Notes under the pieces: generated by a model | Told to the model about the DNA's origin: nothing | Databases searched by the model: none | The model's input: the letters and a program-made list of their open reading frames with translations, nothing else | In this document: positions 58,876 to 64,000 of the stretch, one piece after another | Numbering within the stretch: position 1 is the first letter of the stretch | How the letters are laid out: every line of letters begins with the position of its first letter | Position numbers and translations under genes: made by a program | Assembly (NCBI GenBank): GCA_038852315.1 | Contig: JAWCKF010000004.1 | Span: 27,265-91,264, forward strand | Direction: 5' to 3' | Origin: Thermoplasmata archaeon | GTDB lineage: Archaea > Thermoplasmatota > Thermoplasmata > UBA10834 | DNA length: 64,000 nt

Positions 58876-58943
58876 GCAGGTGATGAGAAGAGGGTCAGCT
58901 GAGGTCCTCCGGGACCGGTGATGAGCCCTATGAGTGCTGAAAA
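58876..58943 (+). ncRNA. Box C/D methylation guide sRNA
   Basis: C box GTGATGA 58880-86; 12-nt guide GAAGAGGGTCAG; D' CTGA 58899-902; hairpin spacer GGTCC-TCCG-GGACC; C' GTGATGA 58918-24; 12-nt guide GCCCTATGAGTG; D CTGA 58937-40; TATA-like TAAAATA at about 58849. Confidence 0.92.
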
Positions 58944-59449
58944 CGCACTCGATCTCGGACCCTGCACCCGCGGCGGAGGGAAGACACATTCGGAGGGCGT
59001 GCAGAGGATCTGGTGAGAGGCGACCTCTGGGCATTAGCCTCCTCATCGTGATACAGCTCCTGGTCGGGCTCTCTATGCTCGTCGCTGCCATCTGGGCGCT
59101 CTCCATCTCGTCGTGGGCCAGGACGGAGGAGGGGCGGCAGGAGCTGATTGGGGAGTTCGAGTCTCTCTCGCCGGAAACCGTCGCCGGGGTCACATTCATA
59201 CTGGGCGTGGCGTATCTCGCACTCTCCGTCTCCGCGATGCTCCTCGCACGCGGATATGCGAAGGGTCGTCCCAAGGCCAGGCGGAGGGGCAGGACTGTTG
59301 CCCTCATAGGGACAGGCCTCGCCCTGCTCGCAATCGCCGTTCCGTCCAGCGAAGTCGGCCCGGAGCACCCCGCATGGTCTATCGTCTTCAACCTCACGGT
59401 CTTCTTCTATCTGGGCAGCTCGAACGCGAGGTCGTACTTCCGAGGATAG
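58934..59449 (+). CDS. Hypothetical 4-TM membrane protein
   Basis: RRPLGISLL...G and four hydrophobic segments ending FFYL....ARSYF. Start uncertain because GTG 58934 overlaps the sRNA. Confidence 0.7.
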   Translation: MLKTHSISDPAPAAEGRHIRRACRGSGERRPLGISLLIVIQLLVGLSMLVAAIWALSISSWARTEEGRQELIGEFESLSPETVAGVTFILGVAYLALSVSAMLLARGYAKGRPKARRRGRTVALIGTGLALLAIAVPSSEVGPEHPAWSIVFNLTVFFYLGSSNARSYFRG

Positions 59450-59608
59450 GCCTGAAGACTCGACTGCATCGTCTCGGAGGGTCAGGGACTGGCTTTCGCC
59501 GGCTGATAACCGGCTCCTACGGCTATAAGAATCCGGGAAGGCAGTCTCGACAGGAAGTTTCCTCCTCACTTCTTTTTTCTTTTGTGGCCCAGGCTCGGTT
59601 GCATGCAA

Positions 59609-60163
59609 CTAGCCAGACAGCGTAACGAGGTAGTCTATGAACTTGCACAGAGGCATGCCGTCGTTCCAGCGCATGATCAGGTTACCCTCCTTGGAGGGCG
59701 TGATCTTCGGCAGTCTCTGGTAGACGAGCCTGAGCCTGCCGTTGATGGGACCCACGTCCAACGTGAAAACCCTCCAGGCGTCTCCTCTGTGACGCTTGAA
59801 CCTGTAGGCGTACACAGGCATCAGACCGACCCGCCTGCAGTCGTCGGCCATCTCGCGGGCCTGCATCGCCAGCTTCTCGCTCCTGCTGAACCTCAGGACG
59901 TCGTTCACCGAACTCTTGACCTCTATGGGCAGCGAGAGGTCCGATCTGATGGCGACCAGGTCTATCCCGAGGGAGCCCGCACCCCTGATGACCATGAACG
60001 GCCGCTCCTGTATCCTGTAGTATGCTCTGCGTTCGCTCTCATCGCAGGTCTTGGTCACACGTGCGAGCATCTCATCGTCGCCTGTGAGAATGCCCTTGAG
60101 CTCGCGCTCAAAGATGCGTCCCATCGCCTTCATCGCCTGTATCGCGGAATCACGATAAATCAC
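59609..60163 (-). CDS. hjc: Holliday junction resolvase
   Basis: G..FEREL, RGAGS.GIDLVA and IEVKS (PD-(D/E)xK). Start may be the ATG of MGRIFE. Confidence 0.85.
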   Translation of the reverse strand: MIYRDSAIQAMKAMGRIFERELKGILTGDDEMLARVTKTCDESERRAYYRIQERPFMVIRGAGSLGIDLVAIRSDLSLPIEVKSSVNDVLRFSRSEKLAMQAREMADDCRRVGLMPVYAYRFKRHRGDAWRVFTLDVGPINGRLRLVYQRLPKITPSKEGNLIMRWNDGMPLCKFIDYLVTLSG

Positions 60164-60690
60164 TTTTGACCTGCGTCGGCGATGGCGCTCAGGACTATCT
60201 GGCGGTCGTGAAGGGGAGAAGGTGTCTCATCAAAGAACCGCGCCTCTGATATGTCGCTCTGCGCGCTGACTGTGCATTCGGCCTCTTCTGCGATGCACGC
60301 GTATACGACATGGAGCCTCTTGATGGACACGTCCAAGAAGTGCATCACGACGTCGTAGATACCGGCGAGCTCCACTATCCTGAGCCCGATCCCGCACTGC
60401 TCTCTAGCGACGCGCCTCGGCGACTTCGCTATCGCCTCGTTCGCCCCTATCCTGTCCGATGGCAGCGACCAGGCCCTCTCCCTCCTCCGCCTCACGAACG
60501 CTATGCCGGCCTCCGACCTCGCAACGACTACCACGTATCCCTTGCATGGCGCGTATCCCAGGTCGGCCTTGCGTCGCCTGAGGTCGATGTCGAACTTCCG
60601 GACCTCGAACGAGGGTGAGCTGACCGCCAGGTCGTCGATCTCGTCCGCCGTGGGGAGCTCCAGCAGCATCCTCTTGGGAGGGATCCTCAC
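60160..60690 (-). CDS. Degenerate NUDIX-fold protein
   Basis: WSLPSDRIGANEAIAKSPRRVAREQCGI resembles the Nudix box with substitutions; DISEARFF. Confidence 0.7.
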   Translation of the reverse strand: MRIPPKRMLLELPTADEIDDLAVSSPSFEVRKFDIDLRRRKADLGYAPCKGYVVVVARSEAGIAFVRRRRERAWSLPSDRIGANEAIAKSPRRVAREQCGIGLRIVELAGIYDVVMHFLDVSIKRLHVVYACIAEEAECTVSAQSDISEARFFDETPSPLHDRQIVLSAIADAGQK

Positions 60691-62015
60691 GGCACCAGGC
60701 GAACCCTGTCCCTCGGGTATAGGACCGCCTCCCTTATGTTCGGCAGGTTCAGCATCTTCTGGATGTACCTCTCGATGCCGAACCCGAAGCCTCCGTGGGG
60801 CGGCATGCCGAACCTGAACGCCTTGAGGTAGAACTCGAAGGACTCGAGGTTGAGGCCGTTCTCTCTCATCTGCTCCACGAGCACCTCGTACCTGTGCTCC
60901 CTCTGTCCCCCCGAGACGATCTCCTGCCCCCGGTAGTCGAGGTCGAAGTATCCTGTGGTCTCGGGGTCGTCGTCGTATCTCTTGGCGTAGAAAGTGCCTC
61001 TCTTCAGCGATGTTGGGAACTCGGTGATGAAATAAAGCTCACATCCTTTCTCCCGCGCCATGACCTCGCCGAGGGCCTTCTCGCCTTCGGTCCCCAGGTC
61101 CTCCCCGTGCTCTATCCTCACACCCTCAGCCCGCACCATATCCACGGCCTCGCTGTATCTGACCCTGGGGAAGGGGGTCTTCGGCGACTCGATGCTGATG
61201 CCGAGAGTCTTCAGCTCCTCGCGCGCGCTCTCTCTCACGTGCGCGAGGCTGGAGACGACTATGCCTTCAGCGATAGCCATCACGTCCTCGGATGAGTTGA
61301 TCCAGGCGAGCTCGACGTCGAGGGATGTGAACTCGGCGATGTGCCTGACGGTGTCCGAGGCTTCTGCCCTGAAAGCCGGCGCGATCTCGAACACCCTGTC
61401 AAGGCCCGTGGCCATAAGGTTTTGCTTGTACAGTTGTGGGCTCTGCGCCAGGTACGCCTGCTTGTCGAAGTACTTGATGGGGAAGAGAGTCGCGCCGCCC
61501 TCGGCTCCAGCGGCGACTATCTTGGGCGTGCTGACCTCCACAAACCCCTCAGAGAGGAGGTATCTGCGGATGCCCTCGAGCGTCTTCGCCCTTATCGAGA
61601 AGATCGCTCTGACTTCCTCCTTGCGCAGGTCCATGAACCTGTTGTTCAGCCTGGTGTCTAGGTCCGCGCCGACCTTGTCGATGACGCCGAGCGGCAGAGG
61701 CGCGTCGGCCCTGTTGAGCACTTCGATGCTCTCAGGAAGTATCTCGAAGCCAGCCCTCGCCTCGCGGCTCTCCTTCACAGTGCCCGTGACGAGTACGACG
61801 GATTCCCTCGGGATCGACGCAACCAGCTCGAACAACTCCTTCGATCTCTTCTTGAGCGTGGTGACCTGTATGACCCCGTACCTGTCTCTCAGCTGGAGGA
61901 ATGATATTCCTCCAAGGTTCCTGAGGTCCTGAACCCATCCGCCAACCGTCACGCGCTTGTCGAACAGGGGTGGGCCTATCTCCCTCGAATAAGTGATGTG
62001 CTGGCTCGTGTACAA
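60687..62015 (-). CDS. aspS: Aspartyl-tRNA synthetase (archaeal type)
   Basis: GWV..RNLGG..F..LRD, AEGGA, YLAQSPQLYKQ, FRAE, SGGQREH and GMPPHGG.G.G.ER motifs. TTG 62015 is the likely start. Confidence 0.95.
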   Translation of the reverse strand: MYTSQHITYSREIGPPLFDKRVTVGGWVQDLRNLGGISFLQLRDRYGVIQVTTLKKRSKELFELVASIPRESVVLVTGTVKESREARAGFEILPESIEVLNRADAPLPLGVIDKVGADLDTRLNNRFMDLRKEEVRAIFSIRAKTLEGIRRYLLSEGFVEVSTPKIVAAGAEGGATLFPIKYFDKQAYLAQSPQLYKQNLMATGLDRVFEIAPAFRAEASDTVRHIAEFTSLDVELAWINSSEDVMAIAEGIVVSSLAHVRESAREELKTLGISIESPKTPFPRVRYSEAVDMVRAEGVRIEHGEDLGTEGEKALGEVMAREKGCELYFITEFPTSLKRGTFYAKRYDDDPETTGYFDLDYRGQEIVSGGQREHRYEVLVEQMRENGLNLESFEFYLKAFRFGMPPHGGFGFGIERYIQKMLNLPNIREAVLYPRDRVRLVP

Positions 62016-62146
62016 GCTGCGACCACCGTGCTCGCGTAACCTAGTGTCGGTTATTAACGGTTTTCCCAACCGACATACATCCGCGACGAGAAAGTAACCT
62101 TAATCTCAGGGAGAGCAGTGTAGCCCGGCCGAAAAGGTCCGTCCAC

Positions 62147-63391
62147 ATGGAGCTCATCACTCTCGTGTATGTCCTGCTCATAGTCGCGTTGGCGAAGGCC
62201 ATGGGAGAGGTCGTCACACGGTTCGACCAGCCGACGATAGTCGGTGAGCTATTGGCCGGCATCGTGCTGGGTCCTTTCGTGCTCGGGGCCGCCTTCACGG
62301 GTCTCAAAGAGATGTATTCGGTCGAGTCCGAGCCTGGCAAGTTCATATCCGACCTGGCGGACTTCGGCATGCTCTTCCTGATGCTCTACGCGGGAATGCA
62401 GTTCTCAACGAAGACGCTCATGACCTCATCTTGGAAGGGCGTCGGCATCTCCGTGCTGGGCATCGTCCTCCCTTTTGTTCTTGGCTACGTCGCCGGCACC
62501 TCCTTAGGTTATTCCGGGACGACACTTCTATTCCTCGCGCTTGCGTGCGCCGTCACGGCACTGCCCGTGACTGTTAGGGTCCTGGTCGACCTTGAGGTCC
62601 TGAGGACCAGGACAGGTAGCACGATCGTCAGCGCGGCGATCGTGACAGATGTCTCGCTGATACTCACGCTGGGCCTCCTGCTGAGCTCCGCGGAAGGTCG
62701 GCTGGACTCATTGGAGGTACTGGTCCTGGCTGTAGGATTCGTGCTCTTCTTCGTGGTGGCCGTTCTCATCGGCCGCTATGTCGTCCCGCACATCTACGCG
62801 GGCCTGAAGCGCATGCGGACTGGTGAGGCGGCCTTCGCCGTCGCGATTGCGTTCGCCATCTCCTTCGCCGTCCTCGCCGAGCGGCTCGGTCTTCCCGGCG
62901 TCATCGGCGCGTTCATCGCGGGCGTGCTGCTGAGGCAAACAGGCGCTGGGTTGAAAGTCTGGACGCACGTGAAGGACGTGCTTTCTGGTGTTACGCTCGG
63001 CTTCCTCGCCCCCATCTTCTTCGTTCTCATCGGCTTCTCGGTCGACTTCGAGGTCGTGGCGTCGAGCCTGGGACTCCTGTCGGCCGTGATTGCCGTAGCG
63101 GTCGTGGGGAAGATCGCAGGGTCGTACATACCCGCGCGCGCGTGGGGCATGAGCCACAACGAATCGATGGCGATAGGCTCGATGATGATGGGGAAGGGGG
63201 CGATGGAGCTGGTGTTCGCAAGGATTGCACTCGAAGAGCGCATAATCGGTGAGGAGATCTTCTCCGTGCTGGTCCTCATGGCGTTCCTATCCACGGCTCT
63301 AGCTCCCGCCATGTTCAAGACGTTCTTCAACAGGGCGGCCTCGAGGGGAGAGATACCGAGGGGGCCGGTCGATGTCGGGGACGTCGAATGA
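62147..63391 (+). CDS. Cation:proton antiporter (CPA2/NapA-like)
   Basis: QPTIVGELLAGIVLGP, TALPV, AAIVTD, PIFF..IG, GK..G and GAMEL motifs; about 12-13 TM. Confidence 0.9.
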   Translation: MELITLVYVLLIVALAKAMGEVVTRFDQPTIVGELLAGIVLGPFVLGAAFTGLKEMYSVESEPGKFISDLADFGMLFLMLYAGMQFSTKTLMTSSWKGVGISVLGIVLPFVLGYVAGTSLGYSGTTLLFLALACAVTALPVTVRVLVDLEVLRTRTGSTIVSAAIVTDVSLILTLGLLLSSAEGRLDSLEVLVLAVGFVLFFVVAVLIGRYVVPHIYAGLKRMRTGEAAFAVAIAFAISFAVLAERLGLPGVIGAFIAGVLLRQTGAGLKVWTHVKDVLSGVTLGFLAPIFFVLIGFSVDFEVVASSLGLLSAVIAVAVVGKIAGSYIPARAWGMSHNESMAIGSMMMGKGAMELVFARIALEERIIGEEIFSVLVLMAFLSTALAPAMFKTFFNRAASRGEIPRGPVDVGDVE

Positions 63392-63418
63392 GCCGGGCGA
63401 ATCGTTTACTCCGACTCA

Positions 63419-64000
63419 TTACCGAGGCACTGCTGTCGCGGTGGTGCGCCTGTTGGCTATGGCGATTCCAGCTACTATCACGAATCCGCACAATGCGGTC
63501 CATGGTTCCACCTTCTCCGACATGAGCACCCACGCGAAGAGCGACGCGAACACGGGCATCAGGTAGATCAGAAACGCCATCCTCGATACCTCCTGCTTCT
63601 CTAGGGATCTCAGGTATAGGATCGATGAGAAGCCTGCGCAGAAGACTCCGAGCACCGCGAGGTTTGCAGCAGAACGTTCGTCGAAACGTGCCGAGGCATC
63701 AGGCTCGAACGGCGCAACCAAGCCGAGGAGCACGGTCCCAAGGATGATCGACAGCGTTATGACAAGAATCGGCGGGTTCCTCTGAAGCATCCTCTTCGCG
63801 GACACCCAGGAGAGGCCATAGGCTGTTGCGGAGAGGAGCAAAAGGAGGTTCCCGGTGAACCCCTCGTCACCGAGCGAGATTCCGTGTCTAGCGACCAGCA
63901 TCACGGTCCCTGTAACGGCGACTAATGTCCCGACGGCCTTCATGATAGTCATGCTCTCCTTGAGCAGGATGACTGCAAAAAGGAGCGTCATCACTGGTCC
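63419..64000 (-). CDS. DMT/EamA family transporter, C-terminal part; gene begins beyond the window end
   Basis: LLKE, GNLLLLLS..YG and YLMPVFA..LMSE EamA repeat motifs. Confidence 0.85.
   Translation of the reverse strand, partial: GPVMTLLFAVILLKESMTIMKAVGTLVAVTGTVMLVARHGISLGDEGFTGNLLLLLSATAYGLSWVSAKRMLQRNPPILVITLSIILGTVLLGLVAPFEPDASARFDERSAANLAVLGVFCAGFSSILYLRSLEKQEVSRMAFLIYLMPVFASLFAWVLMSEKVEPWTALCGFVIVAGIAIANRRTTATAVPR

Overview
GC-rich archaeal chromosomal segment, most consistent with Thermoplasmata/Thermoplasmatota. This is inferred from gene content and order (Dph5, Trm5, Trm1, RFC-S, L40e, Hjc, archaeal RibC/RibL, GHMP-type AroK, ADH synthase/DHQ synthase II). It is densely packed with housekeeping genes. 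These include a 12-gene minus-strand operon centred on aspartate semialdehyde (aromatic pathway + asd/lysC + sulfide-dependent homocysteine genes), carAB, the riboflavin operon, glyA, topA, purA, psd-pssA-mptD, a 4-subunit 2-oxoacid:ferredoxin oxidoreductase, nadA and aspS. I saw no tRNA, rRNA, CRISPR array or transposase. The main signals not in the ORF track are: (1) a near-perfect box C/D guide RNA at 58880-58940 whose two guides predict 2'-O-methylation of 23S rRNA C1920 (helix 69) and of C34 of an intron-containing pre-tRNA(CAU); (2) several operon-internal genes that appear to start at ACG or CTG (mptD and aroB' have no ATG/GTG/TTG ahead of conserved N-terminal sequence; aroA, the oxidoreductase gamma subunit and the DUF39 gene are supported by context); (3) an FtsZ homolog lacking the catalytic T7 loop; (4) a 47-aa YHS protein with a long 5' hairpin, an orphan structured minus-strand transcript next to a tandem Lrp-type regulator, and several operator palindromes. 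All assignments are by eye and from recalled family motifs; no searches were run.
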